From: Thermoprotei archaeon
GTDB lineage: Archaea > Thermoproteota > Thermoprotei > Gearchaeales > WAQG01
Assembly: GCA_049976445.1 (NCBI GenBank)
Contig: JBMFIF010000003.1
Coordinates: 3,629-67,628 of the forward strand
Length of the DNA: 64,000 nucleotides
Direction: 5' to 3'
Position numbers and translations under genes: made by a program. Each line of letters starts with the position of its first letter. Position 1 is the first letter of the stretch. Below are positions 18,140 to 28,923 of this stretch, piece after piece. Under the pieces are notes generated by a model. The model saw only the letters and a list, made by a program, of their open reading frames with translations. It ran no database searches and had not been told where the DNA came from.

Positions 18140-19240
18140 TTATCTTGTTATTGTGGCATTTTTCAATGCTGAGAGGGTATCAAAAGCGTCTTTATTGTTA
18201 GCAAAATAACGACGTGCCGGTTCTAAAATTTTTATTAAGTAATTTGCAACAGCATTTTTGAGATCAAGTGGATGAAGTTTCCCCTCTATATAGTCTTTTT
18301 CTAATTCTGAATATGAATGGTATTCTATTGTACCGCCATACTTTAATGGTCTTTCGATCGTTATCGATGAATATTCACGAAATATTATGTATTTAACTAT
18401 GTCTAAAACTGGATTAAATCTAGTTTCTCTTTCAGGTGCGAATGCATTAAGTATTTTCTTTTTTATAGTTTCTGGTTCATCATAAATGAATATTGCAGTA
18501 TTGGGAATACTTTTACTCATTTTTACTGATGAGAGAATCTCAGCTTTTTGTTCATCAGGTATTGGCCATACTGGTGGTTTTGCTAGTCCTTGAAGTAAAT
18601 GATGATGTATGCTTACAGGTTTCCAGAATCCAAGTTTGGGGCCGATTTCTCTAGCAACCATGTTTGCTTTTCGCTGGTCCATGCCGAGTTGCGCAATCTT
18701 TACATTCATAAAAAATATGTCAGCAACTTGCATAGGTGTGTATATAAAATCTGCTACTCTCCTAGCCTCGACCTCTTTTCTACCCATAATTTCTAATGTT
18801 CGTTTTACTCTATCTATCGTCAGTTCTTGTGCAATTTGAAGAACTAACTTCCAGTAGTCTGAATCTTTATAAAGTTCATCGGCATAAACGAATTCTATTT
18901 TATCTGCAGGAACACCTAGTGCTATCCATGCGTGTTTAAAGTGGTCAGCAGCTTTTCTTATTAATTCGAGATTTCCTCCAAGTTTTCTATTAATCCATGC
19001 ATGCCATGTTGCTAAAAATGCTTTAAAGTGTATTCCAGCCTCTATAAAATCTTTCATTTTATATGCGCAAATTAAGCCTGTTCCTAAATGAACCATACCA
19101 CTAGGTTCCCAACCATTATATGCAATTATATGCTCTTCCGTTTCAAGAAGCTGCTTTAACTCATCGATAGTAACTACCTCTTCAGTAGGTGGACGTATTA
19201 TTAATTTTAATCGCTCTTCTATATCCATGGTATTAACCAA
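18140..19240 (-). CDS. tyrS: Tyrosine--tRNA ligase
   Basis: AYNGWEPSGMVHLG, YTPMQVADIF, GMDQRK, KMSKS, LHPLDLK. Confidence 0.96.
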   Translation of the reverse strand: MVNTMDIEERLKLIIRPPTEEVVTIDELKQLLETEEHIIAYNGWEPSGMVHLGTGLICAYKMKDFIEAGIHFKAFLATWHAWINRKLGGNLELIRKAADHFKHAWIALGVPADKIEFVYADELYKDSDYWKLVLQIAQELTIDRVKRTLEIMGRKEVEARRVADFIYTPMQVADIFFMNVKIAQLGMDQRKANMVAREIGPKLGFWKPVSIHHHLLQGLAKPPVWPIPDEQKAEILSSVKMSKSIPNTAIFIYDEPETIKKKILNAFAPERETRFNPVLDIVKYIIFREYSSITIERPLKYGGTIEYHSYSELEKDYIEGKLHPLDLKNAVANYLIKILEPARRYFANNKDAFDTLSALKNATITR

Positions 19241-19264
19241 TAATAAGTTATTTATAAAAATAAA

Positions 19265-20536
19265 TTAAGCTTTTTGCATTAAGCTTAATAATTTTGGAAT
19301 TAGGTCATATCCATGGTTTATAATACCCAGTTCTCCTTTTTCTGCATCTCTTTCCGAAAATTTTCTTTTTTTATCGTGTTTTTGTATCAAATTTCCACCA
19401 TATATTGCTAAGGGTACTGGATCACTACTATGAGAACCAAGCTTGCATGGTGTAGAATGATCAGCGGTCACTACTATGATAGTATCGTCTAGGGTAATAT
19501 TATTAATGATATTGCTGATGAAATATTTATCAATATCTTCAATTGCTTTGCGTTTTCCTTCACAATCTTTATCATGACCGGGCTCATCAGGGCCTTTTAA
19601 ATGAACATATATAAAGTTGAATTTTTTAAGAAGATCTATAGTTGTGTCTGCTCGTTTCTCATATGATTTTGGAGAGCGTTCTGGTGTAAATTTTTCTAAA
19701 CTAAATCCCAAAACTTTTGCAATGCCTAATTCAACTGGCATATCTGCAATTATCACTGGTCTCATTGCGAATTTCTTTTCAAACGGTTCAACATCAGGAT
19801 ATTTAGAACCTGCATCCCGCATTAGTATAATATTTGCAGGTAATTTATTATTCTTTATTCGCTCGATGTTGATTGGATGGTTTTTAAGAAATTTCTGAAC
19901 TTTTTCTGAGAACTCATTTATTAATTGTGCTGCTCTCTTTGCTTCATAGGAATCATTCAATGCAATGCAAGGTTTAAGTGTCATGTCAACAGTTGATTTG
20001 GCTATTGAAATTGATCCTACTTTCTCATATGCAGGATCATAATTGGATATAGCATCTGACAGTTTAATGTTATGATCACGTATCACAAGAACAGCTCTAT
20101 GACCAATTGTGCTTCTAAATGAAAAATCTGCGTTATCCAGTTTAATGCTTCTTTCTATATCTACTGCAAGTTTTTTAGCCTCTTCTGATGTTAAATTTCT
20201 TCCGACACGACGATCAATTATTTTGTTTTCTTCTGCTGTTGCAAAGTTACAGCGTAGTGCAAGCCAACCATCTCTAAATTCTAAACCAGCTCCTAATGCC
20301 TCTATTACACCTCTTGAAAGTGAATATCTATTAGGATCATAACCTAGTAACGAAAAAGCAGCAGCATCACTTTCAGGAGCAATATTTTTATCTATTGTAT
20401 ACATAAGACCTAAGTATCCTTTAGACGCGATATGAGTCAAATTAGGTGCATCTGCAATATCTAATGGTGTTAAACCATATTTAGGATTATCACTTGCACC
20501 GTCTAATATAATCATAAGTATTTTGTATTTTTCCAT
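19265..20536 (-). CDS. apgM: 2,3-bisphosphoglycerate-independent phosphoglycerate mutase
   Basis: IILDGASD, PESD, LGYDP, HLKGPDEPGHD, TADHSTP, HSSDPVP. Confidence 0.93.
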   Translation of the reverse strand: MEKYKILMIILDGASDNPKYGLTPLDIADAPNLTHIASKGYLGLMYTIDKNIAPESDAAAFSLLGYDPNRYSLSRGVIEALGAGLEFRDGWLALRCNFATAEENKIIDRRVGRNLTSEEAKKLAVDIERSIKLDNADFSFRSTIGHRAVLVIRDHNIKLSDAISNYDPAYEKVGSISIAKSTVDMTLKPCIALNDSYEAKRAAQLINEFSEKVQKFLKNHPINIERIKNNKLPANIILMRDAGSKYPDVEPFEKKFAMRPVIIADMPVELGIAKVLGFSLEKFTPERSPKSYEKRADTTIDLLKKFNFIYVHLKGPDEPGHDKDCEGKRKAIEDIDKYFISNIINNITLDDTIIVVTADHSTPCKLGSHSSDPVPLAIYGGNLIQKHDKKRKFSERDAEKGELGIINHGYDLIPKLLSLMQKA

Positions 20537-20666
20537 TGAACCTCGTATTCTAATTATTCTACAGATTTAAAAGCTTATTTTATAGCATTATATATTATTC
20601 TCTTTAATCAGAAACATGCAGAGAGTGCGTAAATTTATGTACGTGGAATCATATTATTTCAGAGAT

Positions 20667-21770
20667 ATGGTAGGTATTAATAAAATTGAAATGGCACGAT
20701 ATGTATACATGGGTCCTGGTGTTATAAAAGAATTACCAAATGTTATCGAACTTCTAGAACTAAAACCTAGAAGTGTGCTAATTTTCTCAGGTGGCGAAAA
20801 AACAACATCTATAGCTCTTGATACAGTAAAGCCTTTGATCGAATCTTCCAATATTATTGTTAATTCTATGAACAACAAAGATCTGTCTGATTTTATAGAA
20901 AACTTATCAATAATCCTTAAAAACATAAAAGATCTTAGAGTAGACCTGCTCATAGGTGTTGGTGGAGGAAGAGTGATGGATATTACGAAAGTTGTTTCGT
21001 ATTACTTAAAAATACCTTACGTAAGTGTGCCAACTAGTGCTTCACATGATGGTACAGCATCACCTGCTATAGCTACACCTTTTGCTAATATTTTAAGGTC
21101 AAAGTATGGCCAATTAGAATCAATTCGTGCACCACATGCAATAGTCGCTGATATAGAAATTATTTCTAGGGCTCCTAGAGAGACTATAGCATCAGGTGTA
21201 GGTGATCTGGTAGCTAAATTTACTGCTGTAAGAGATTGGAGGCTAGCACACTTAATAAAAGGTGAGGAGTTCAGTGAATATGCTGCATCATTAGCGTTGA
21301 TGAGTGCTCGTTTGGTTGCTAATAGGGCAAGAATAATTTCTACTAGCAATTTAGAAGGTGTTTCAGTTTTAGTTAAAGCATTAATAGGTAGTGGTGTGGC
21401 TATAAGCATTGCTGGGAGTAGTAGGCCTGCAAGTGGCTCTGAACATCTTTTTAGTCATGCATTAGATTATCTTGCATCGAAGTATGGATTCAAACCTAGT
21501 ATGCATGGTGTTCAATGTGGTGTGGGAACGATTATGATGGCCAAGCTTCACGGGCTAAATTGGAAGAAGATAAAAAAGATCTTAAGAACTGTTAATGCTC
21601 CTGTTAATTCAGAGGAACTTGGCATTAATCCTGAATATATAGTTAAAGCATTAAGTATTGCGCACACTATAAAATCAAATTTTTATACAGTCCTTGGGGA
21701 AAATGGTATAACTGAAAACGCTGCAAGGAAACTAGCAATAGAGACTGGAATAATACCATTAAGTAGTTAA
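20667..21770 (+). CDS. egsA: sn-glycerol-1-phosphate dehydrogenase
   Basis: GVGGGRVMD, PTSASHDG, SRPASGSEHLFSHALD, HGVQCGVG; start placed at ATG 20667. Confidence 0.95.
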   Translation: MVGINKIEMARYVYMGPGVIKELPNVIELLELKPRSVLIFSGGEKTTSIALDTVKPLIESSNIIVNSMNNKDLSDFIENLSIILKNIKDLRVDLLIGVGGGRVMDITKVVSYYLKIPYVSVPTSASHDGTASPAIATPFANILRSKYGQLESIRAPHAIVADIEIISRAPRETIASGVGDLVAKFTAVRDWRLAHLIKGEEFSEYAASLALMSARLVANRARIISTSNLEGVSVLVKALIGSGVAISIAGSSRPASGSEHLFSHALDYLASKYGFKPSMHGVQCGVGTIMMAKLHGLNWKKIKKILRTVNAPVNSEELGINPEYIVKALSIAHTIKSNFYTVLGENGITENAARKLAIETGIIPLSS

Positions 21771-21829
21771 AGGAGTTTTAGTTAAGGATATTTTTATGGA
21801 TGTATTACTCTTTTACTGGGTTTGTTAAC

Positions 21830-22627
21830 ATGATTAAAGCTGAGATTGTAAGCGTTGGACGAGAAGTATTAAGAGGATTTACAATAAATACTAATGCTAG
21901 TTGGCTTGCACAACAGTTAACATCATTAGGAATAGAGGTTAAACGAATAACTGTCGTTGATGACGAGGAAATTGATATTATCAAAATTACTAAAGAAGTT
22001 CTTGAACGAAAACCTCAAATAGTAATTTATACAGGGGGTCTTGGACCAACATTTGATGATATTACTGTTGAATCTGTATCTAAGGCGTTAAACTTGCCTA
22101 TAGAGCTAAATGAGGATGCATTAAATATGATCAAGAAAGTTTACAATAAACTCGGCTTACCGTTAACAGAAGAAAGAATTAAAATGGCTAAAATGCCTAA
22201 AGGTTCCTTACCTCTTCCCAATTCTGTAGGAACAGCACCAGGCGTCTTTCTTATTTTTAATGAAACTATTATTATTATGCTCCCGGGAGTTCCAGAAGAA
22301 ATGAAAAGTATTTTTACTGAAAGTGTAAGGCCTAGATTGATAGAGCTTAAAGATAGGGGAGTTTATTTAGAGAAAATATTTAAAGTTCATGGTATTCCGG
22401 AATCAGAAGCAGCTAAAGTAGTCAAAGATGTAAAGAAGCAGTTTAAAATTGTTTATATTAAATCTCATCCAAGAGGATATATGGAGGGCAAGCCTACAAT
22501 ATTGTTTCAATTGTCTTATCTTGGAGAAGATCAAAAAAATGCTAAAATAGAACTAGAAAATGTCATGAGGGAACTCATATCAAGATTATCTAATTTGGGT
22601 GCCAAAATTGAGGTAGAACAAGAATGA
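21830..22627 (+). CDS. CinA N-terminal/molybdopterin-binding domain protein
   Basis: VSVGREVLRG.TINTNA, TGGLGPTFDDIT, NSVGTAPG, LPGVPEEM. Confidence 0.9.
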   Translation: MIKAEIVSVGREVLRGFTINTNASWLAQQLTSLGIEVKRITVVDDEEIDIIKITKEVLERKPQIVIYTGGLGPTFDDITVESVSKALNLPIELNEDALNMIKKVYNKLGLPLTEERIKMAKMPKGSLPLPNSVGTAPGVFLIFNETIIIMLPGVPEEMKSIFTESVRPRLIELKDRGVYLEKIFKVHGIPESEAAKVVKDVKKQFKIVYIKSHPRGYMEGKPTILFQLSYLGEDQKNAKIELENVMRELISRLSNLGAKIEVEQE

Positions 22628-23412
22628 AGACTATCAGGTATGTTTATATTTTAGGACCAGCAGGCAGTGGAAAATCTACATTAACTGCATCACTTGCAAA
22701 CATTATTGAGAGTCATGATTTAACTGTAGCTAAAGTGAATTTAGATCCTGGTGCTGAGTGGATTCCATATGAACCTGATGTAGATGTAAGAAATTATATC
22801 AAATTATCTGATGTGATGGAGAAATATAAACTAGGACCTAATGGAGGTCTTGTAGTTTCTGTTGATCTAATGATAAATTATATTAACGATATGGTAAAAT
22901 CTATTGAAGATATAGAACCGGATTATGTATTAATAGACACACCAGGTCAGATGGAACTTTTTGCATTTAGAGAGACAGGTGCCAATATAGCTAGAATTTT
23001 AGGTGAAAGGAAGAATTCAGCTATTCTCTTCCTTATTGACTCGTTTTCAATGAGAAAACCATCTATTATGGCTTCTATGCTTTTGTTAGCTGCATCCACA
23101 TATGTGAAATTTATGTTTCCACAGATTAATGTTTTGACAAAGATCGATAAGATACATGAGAATGATTTAAAACAAATAATCGAATGGTCTCAAGACCTTA
23201 CTGCATTATCTGATGCATTAGAATTGGAAATGCAAGAATCTCAACGTGAAATTTCAAGAGATATTTTAATAATAGTAAGTAACTTAGGTTTTCTGGGTGA
23301 CATAATTCCTGTATCCTCCTTTAGATCAGAGACAACGATGGCACTTTATGCAGAATTACAAAGAATCTTTTCTTCAGAAGATGAAACAGAACTTAAATAT
23401 GATGATCAATGA
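22624..23412 (+). CDS. GPN-loop GTPase
   Basis: GPAGSGKST, VNLDPG, LGPNGG, DTPGQMELF, TKID. Confidence 0.95.
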   Translation: MKTIRYVYILGPAGSGKSTLTASLANIIESHDLTVAKVNLDPGAEWIPYEPDVDVRNYIKLSDVMEKYKLGPNGGLVVSVDLMINYINDMVKSIEDIEPDYVLIDTPGQMELFAFRETGANIARILGERKNSAILFLIDSFSMRKPSIMASMLLLAASTYVKFMFPQINVLTKIDKIHENDLKQIIEWSQDLTALSDALELEMQESQREISRDILIIVSNLGFLGDIIPVSSFRSETTMALYAELQRIFSSEDETELKYDDQ

Positions 23413-23746
23413 TAAAAAAGTCAAAAAGATCTTTTAATTCCTCTTTAATAGAGTAAAAATTATTCATCACAAAATCATTAATACTTTCTTTTTTAGTGAA
23501 AATTGAACCTAAACCTAAAATCATAAGTCCAATAATATCACTTATTATTGGCTCAGGTACTCCTGCTATCATAAAAATACCAATGGATATGAGTTTCGAA
23601 TTGTGGAATGAAATATTTCTAACATCATTTAATGTTAAATTAACAGACTTGTAAATATTTGTTAATTTAACGTAGTCTTTTGAAATATCTCTTCTAAGTC
23701 TTATATTTTCTAAGTAAATTCTGTGAATATCGTTCATAACATACAT
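23393..23746 (-). CDS. Hypothetical small protein with a hydrophobic helical hairpin
   Basis: SKLISIGIFMIAGVPEPIISDIIGLMILGLG. Confidence 0.6.
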   Translation of the reverse strand: MYVMNDIHRIYLENIRLRRDISKDYVKLTNIYKSVNLTLNDVRNISFHNSKLISIGIFMIAGVPEPIISDIIGLMILGLGSIFTKKESINDFVMNNFYSIKEELKDLFDFFIIDHHI

Positions 23747-23899
23747 AGGGTTTTTTATAATTTAAATATATTAGTTTTTTCTTGTGATTTAGCACGTTTA
23801 TTATTGTTCCATAATCTGGACAACTATTGTATGAGATTGCTATTGGAGGGTACTATTTAAAATTAAATAAAAGTGATAATTTTTATTGTTGAAGAGAAG

Positions 23900-25303
23900 A
23901 TGCTTGATCCATTTTTTAAACCAAAAAGCATTGCAATAATTGGTGCCACTGATAAGCCAAATTCTTTAGGCCGTTCATTAACTGAAAATGTGCTTAATAC
24001 TTTCTTAGGAAAAGTGTATTTAGTTAATATAAAGGGTGGTTCATTTAATAACATTACTATATATAAAAGTATACTTGATATTAAGGAAAGCGTTGATTTA
24101 GCTCTTATAATAACACCATCTCATACTGTAATTCAAATTCTTAATGAATGTGGGATGAGGGGTGTAAAAGGTGCTATTATATTTAGCGGAGGATTTAGTG
24201 AAATTGGTCGTGAGGGAGCAGAACTTGAACGTAAAGTTGTAGATACGGCAAAGAGATACGGTATTCGTATAATTGGACCTAATTGTGTTGGTATAATGGA
24301 TAATTGGTTACCGTTAAATGCTACATTTGTCTCCTCTGAGAGATGGCTTAAACCGCCATCTGGCAATGTTTCTGTAATCTCTCAATCAGGCGCTTTAGGT
24401 TCGTTAATTTTAGATGTATCTGCAATATTAAATATAGGATTTAGTAAGTTCATAAGCTTAGGTAATTCATCTGATATAAGTATTACTGAAGCAATCGAAT
24501 ATTTAGCAAACGACCCAACAACAAAAGTAATTGGCATTTATCTAGAAAGCGTAAAAGAGGGTAAAAAATTCCTTGAGATCTTGAAGAAAATTACACGCTA
24601 TAAACCTGTGATTATTCTAAAAGGTGGTATTGGAGAGAAAGGTAGCGCTGCAGCTAAGTCTCATACTGCTGCTGTATCAGGGCCCATTGAAATTTTAGAT
24701 GGGGCTCTCAAACAAGTTGGGGCTATACGAGCTAAAAGTTTTGCTGAATTTATTTCATTATTAAACATTTTTGGAAAATCAAAACCCATAAAAGGTGATC
24801 GTGTTGCAATAGTAACTAATGCAGGTGGTATGGGAGTATTAACAACAGATTCTTTAGAAAGCCAAGGAATTTCTCTATCTGATTTTACAACGACTACCTG
24901 TAACAAATTAAAAGAAGTTATCCCGCCATATATGGGGATAAACAATCCGATCGATGTAGCCGGTGATGCAGATAGTTATAGGTATGACAAAATCTTGAGG
25001 ATACTTGAAGACGCTCCTGAAGTAGATATAATAGTGACAATAGTATTACCTCAAACACCAGCCCTAGATAGTGAAAATTTTAGTAAAATGATTGTGAATC
25101 ATTACAAAAATAGTAATAAACCTCTTTTGTTGCTAATTTCAGGAGGAGACTATACAATGAGAATGGCAAAAAGGATCTCTAGTGAAGGCATACCAGTATT
25201 TTTTGATCCAGATGAGCTAGCATCATCACTTAAAAAATATATAAAGTATAATAAATACATCACAACATCTTCTAATTATAATAATCAGCAAAAGATTATC
25301 TAG
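23900..25303 (+). CDS. ADP-forming acetate/acyl-CoA ligase alpha subunit (copy 1)
   Basis: PKSIAIIGAT, IIGPNCVG, ISQSG, AAKSHTA, TNAGG, NNPID. Confidence 0.93.
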   Translation: MLDPFFKPKSIAIIGATDKPNSLGRSLTENVLNTFLGKVYLVNIKGGSFNNITIYKSILDIKESVDLALIITPSHTVIQILNECGMRGVKGAIIFSGGFSEIGREGAELERKVVDTAKRYGIRIIGPNCVGIMDNWLPLNATFVSSERWLKPPSGNVSVISQSGALGSLILDVSAILNIGFSKFISLGNSSDISITEAIEYLANDPTTKVIGIYLESVKEGKKFLEILKKITRYKPVIILKGGIGEKGSAAAKSHTAAVSGPIEILDGALKQVGAIRAKSFAEFISLLNIFGKSKPIKGDRVAIVTNAGGMGVLTTDSLESQGISLSDFTTTTCNKLKEVIPPYMGINNPIDVAGDADSYRYDKILRILEDAPEVDIIVTIVLPQTPALDSENFSKMIVNHYKNSNKPLLLLISGGDYTMRMAKRISSEGIPVFFDPDELASSLKKYIKYNKYITTSSNYNNQQKII

Positions 25304-25500
25304 AACTGTTAAATAGTTCCTTGTGATAGTGAGGGGGCTTTGTGTGGATGAGTATGTTGTTCTTATTACTGATGGTGGTCCTTGGTATGTTGATGCTGTT
25401 GTGAGGGCTGGTTTTGTTCATAAGGGGTTTCGGTTTGAGTAGTTCTGTTGAGCGTTTCTTTAGTTTTTTGAAGTATTGGTCTCGCGCTTTCTTTATGTGA
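25302..25500 (+). pseudogene. IS6-family transposase C-terminal relic with stops and a frameshift
   Basis: Hand translation RTVK*FLVIVRGLCVDEYVVLITDGGPWYVDAV..AGF.H.. then, in a shifted frame, SSVERFFSFLKY; matches the archaeal IS6 DGGPWY...VERxF pattern. Confidence 0.8.
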
Positions 25501-25700
25501 ATTCTAGTGTGCTTTATTTAAACAGCATTTGGCTCTTCATGAACCTCTTCATTTACTGTGAAGTGGAGGCGATGTCTTATGTGAGCAGTCCCTGAAAACT
25601 GCTGGACCATCATCGTCTTCAAAATAAAATTATTTGCATATACTATAATATATGGCATATATAATTTATTCTTACGACAAGTTTATTTGTTTGATTTTAA

Positions 25701-27179
25701 TTGAGAGCCCGATATACCTTGGAGTACCCATTGGCAAGTAAGATAAGCAAAACAAGGATTAAAACATTAAAAGATTTCTTTGAACCAAAAACTGTTGCAA
25801 TAATTGGCGCTTCACATAAGCCTAACAGCGTTGGCAATGTTTTGGTTAGGAATTTTCTTTATGGCCGATTTATGGGTAGGGTTTATTTAGTGAATCCAAA
25901 CTATAAAGAGATTTTAGGAAAACCTTGTTACCCTACTGTTAAGGAAATCCCTGAAAAGATTGATTTAGCAATCGTGGCAGTGCGTGCTGAGATTGTTCCT
26001 CAGATTATTGAACAATGCGGAGAGGCCGGCATAAAAAATGTCTTAGTTTTAAGCAGTGGTTTTAGAGAAACAGGTCCTGATGGTGCTAAGCTTGAACAAT
26101 ATATGTTAAGTATAGCTAAGAAATGGGATATACGTATTATTGGACCTAATTGCTTGGGTATATATAATGCTGAAAATGGTCTTGATGCGCTATTTCTTCC
26201 GGATACTCGCCTTAGAAGGGCTAAGGCAGGTGGTGTAGCTTTTATTTCACAAAGTGGTGCATTATTGGCAGCTATTATGGATTTAGCAGCGGCTATCGAT
26301 ATAGGTTTTTCGAAAGCTGTGAGTTACGGTAACCGTGCTGATGTGGATGAGGCAACATTAATAGAATATCTTCTTTACGATGAGAAAACTAAAATAATCG
26401 CTGCATATATCGAGGGGCTTGAACCTGGAAAGGGTAAGCAGTTTCTTGAATCTATAAGACGTGTTATTTATCATAAGCCAGTTATAATAGTAAAGGGTGG
26501 AAAAAGTATTAGTGGAAGTAGGGCTGCAGCATCACATACTGGTTCATTGGCTGGCGAGTATAATCTTTTTAGATCTGCATTAAGACAAGTAGGTGCAATT
26601 GAGGCAACAAATTTTGAGGATATGTTTGATTTTATAAAAGCACTTACTATGCAGCCTCTCCTTAGTGGTAATAAATTACTCGTATTAACTAATGGTGGTG
26701 GATTAGGAGTCATGATGACTGATGCCGCGGAAGAGTATGGTTTTAATGTTCCTGAACTCTCCAAAGAAACTCAGTCTAAATTAAAATCGATTTTGCGACC
26801 TTTTGCTGCTATAAAAAATCCAGTAGATGTAACAGCTAACGGTACTGCAGAAATGTATAGGGAGGTATTGGAAATAGTATTTAATAGCAATGAGGTTGAT
26901 GCTGCTATTATAGGAATCTTGCCTCAGACGCCGGATTTAGGTATAGAAATTGTAGATAATTTAATTGTAGCGAAATCTTTAGGAAAACCCATGGTTGTGG
27001 TCACTGTTGGTGGTGAATTAACCACGCAGATCTCAAAAATGCTTGAGACAGGAGGAATACCAGTCTATCCATCTCCAGAAAGAGGAGTACGTGCACTGAA
27101 GGTTCTTAGAGATTATTACGAGATAAAAGAACGGTTTAAATGTGAGACGAGCAATTTGGAGTGTGGTACAGATGGATAG
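25701..27179 (+). CDS. ADP-forming acetate/acyl-CoA ligase alpha subunit (copy 2)
   Basis: PKTVAIIGAS, IIGPNCLG, ISQSG, AAASHTGSLAG, TNGGG, NPVD. Confidence 0.95.
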   Translation: MRARYTLEYPLASKISKTRIKTLKDFFEPKTVAIIGASHKPNSVGNVLVRNFLYGRFMGRVYLVNPNYKEILGKPCYPTVKEIPEKIDLAIVAVRAEIVPQIIEQCGEAGIKNVLVLSSGFRETGPDGAKLEQYMLSIAKKWDIRIIGPNCLGIYNAENGLDALFLPDTRLRRAKAGGVAFISQSGALLAAIMDLAAAIDIGFSKAVSYGNRADVDEATLIEYLLYDEKTKIIAAYIEGLEPGKGKQFLESIRRVIYHKPVIIVKGGKSISGSRAAASHTGSLAGEYNLFRSALRQVGAIEATNFEDMFDFIKALTMQPLLSGNKLLVLTNGGGLGVMMTDAAEEYGFNVPELSKETQSKLKSILRPFAAIKNPVDVTANGTAEMYREVLEIVFNSNEVDAAIIGILPQTPDLGIEIVDNLIVAKSLGKPMVVVTVGGELTTQISKMLETGGIPVYPSPERGVRALKVLRDYYEIKERFKCETSNLECGTDG

Positions 27180-27894
27180 AAGAAAAATCTTTTTGGAAAT
27201 ATACTCAAAGGCACTTAATGAGAAACGAAATTGGTTACTTGAACCTGAAGCAAAGGAAATTTGCAGAATATATGGATTACCTGTTACTAAATTAGGTGTT
27301 GCAAGAAATGAAGAAGAACTCCTCAGGATATCTAAAGAAATAGGTTATCCTGTTGTACTTAAAATTTTATCTCCAAATATATTACACAAGTCTGATGTAG
27401 GTGGAGTATTAATTGGCTTAAAAAATGAAATAGAAGTTCTTAATGGTTACAAGCAAATTATTAATAATGTAAAAAAGAATAAGCCTGATGCGATAATTAA
27501 TGGCGTTGTAGTTCAAGAGATGGCACCTCCATCAACTGAAGTAATTATTGGTGTTACTAAGGATCCACAATTTGGTCATGCTATAATGTTTGGATTGGGT
27601 GGAATTTTTGTTGAATTATTTAAGGATGTTAGTTTTAGAATTATTCCCATAACTAGAAGAGATGCCGAAGAAATGATAACGGAAATTAAAGGGTATGCTC
27701 TTTTAAAGGGTTACAGAGGAAGACCTCCTGCTGATATAGATAGTCTAGTGAATGCTCTTTTAACTGTATCAGAAATTATTGAAGAAAATCATGAAATAAA
27801 CGAGATGGATTTAAATCCTATCCTAGTATATGAAAATGGGATAAAAATCGTAGATGCACGAATCGTAATCGGAGGTGTTGAGAATGTCAAATAG
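27172..27894 (+). CDS. ADP-forming acetate/acyl-CoA ligase beta subunit (ATP-grasp)
   Basis: GYPVVLKILSPNILHKSDVGGV, DPQFG..IMFGLGG, EMDLNP, VDARI. Confidence 0.95.
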   Translation: MDRRKIFLEIYSKALNEKRNWLLEPEAKEICRIYGLPVTKLGVARNEEELLRISKEIGYPVVLKILSPNILHKSDVGGVLIGLKNEIEVLNGYKQIINNVKKNKPDAIINGVVVQEMAPPSTEVIIGVTKDPQFGHAIMFGLGGIFVELFKDVSFRIIPITRRDAEEMITEIKGYALLKGYRGRPPADIDSLVNALLTVSEIIEENHEINEMDLNPILVYENGIKIVDARIVIGGVENVK

Positions 27895-28759
27895 TAACTT
27901 AAAAGCAGAGCTTGAAAACATTAGAAATGAGTGGTTAAAAGCTGATAATGAGGTAAAATCATTGTTGGAAAAGCGAGAACAGCTGATTAGACGAAATAAA
28001 GAACTTAAATTGTTACTTAAAGAATTACGTGAGCAATTAAAAAATGAACGAAATACTATGGATGAATTAAGGAAAGAATTAGAACAATTTAAGAATGAGA
28101 AGAATTATTTGTGGCGTGAACGAGCTGAGGCTTTAAATAACCTTAGAGAATTATCCAGACGTGTTATTGAAGATGAGGAGAGATTACGCAAAAAGCTTGA
28201 GCAATTAGAGTGGTATCATCAAACAACACCATTAAGTGCCAAAGAAGAGGATGAAATCATAAAAAAGATTATAGATATCGAAAAGAAACTTTTAATTTAT
28301 AACAAAATGATGCAGATTAAAAAGAAGAGCGCTGAAGCTGATGAAAAACTCAATGAGGTGATTAGGAAAAGAGAAGAAATAATCTCAAAGCTTGAACAGA
28401 CAAGACAAAAAATCAGTAATTTAAGGTCTGCAATAGATGAAATGATAAAAGAAATGCAACAAAATGGAACAACTATAAAGGAAATTATGAAGAACATTAT
28501 AGAAACTGCACAAAAAGCATATGAACTTAGGAATAAATATTTTGAGCTTTCAAATAAGTTACGAGAGGAGCAATTCCACAGAAGAAGTTTCTCTGAAAAT
28601 GAAAAACGTCAAAAACTTGAAAAAATAGAAAACGAAATATTTGAACAAGCATTAGAAAAGTTAAAGAAAGGTATGAAGCTTGACTTTTATGAATATTCCA
28701 TACTAGTTAAACGTGGTGTACTAAATCAAGAAGAATCTCAAGAAAACACTAGCAAATAA
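27884..28759 (+). CDS. Archaeal coiled-coil protein (COG1340-like)
   Basis: Long heptad pattern with LEWYHQTTPLS.KEE and ALEKLKKG.KL motifs. Confidence 0.75.
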   Translation: MSNSNLKAELENIRNEWLKADNEVKSLLEKREQLIRRNKELKLLLKELREQLKNERNTMDELRKELEQFKNEKNYLWRERAEALNNLRELSRRVIEDEERLRKKLEQLEWYHQTTPLSAKEEDEIIKKIIDIEKKLLIYNKMMQIKKKSAEADEKLNEVIRKREEIISKLEQTRQKISNLRSAIDEMIKEMQQNGTTIKEIMKNIIETAQKAYELRNKYFELSNKLREEQFHRRSFSENEKRQKLEKIENEIFEQALEKLKKGMKLDFYEYSILVKRGVLNQEESQENTSK

Positions 28760-28923
28760 AAATTTCTAATTCGTTTATAGCTAAATTTTTGAATCAATCA
28801 TATTTATATCTTTCCTTATTCGAAATTATTGAATCTCTGAATAAAAAATAGATAAACAGTATTGTAGGAGTTTGGAACTAAATTCTTAAATTAGGCTTTG
28901 TAGAAAGATAATACAGAGAAAAA

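Noticed and set aside
25565..25620. Fluoride riboswitch or SECIS element
   Set aside because: Only the GGCGATG start matches the crcB motif, and no selenoprotein-like in-frame TGA was seen in neighbouring genes
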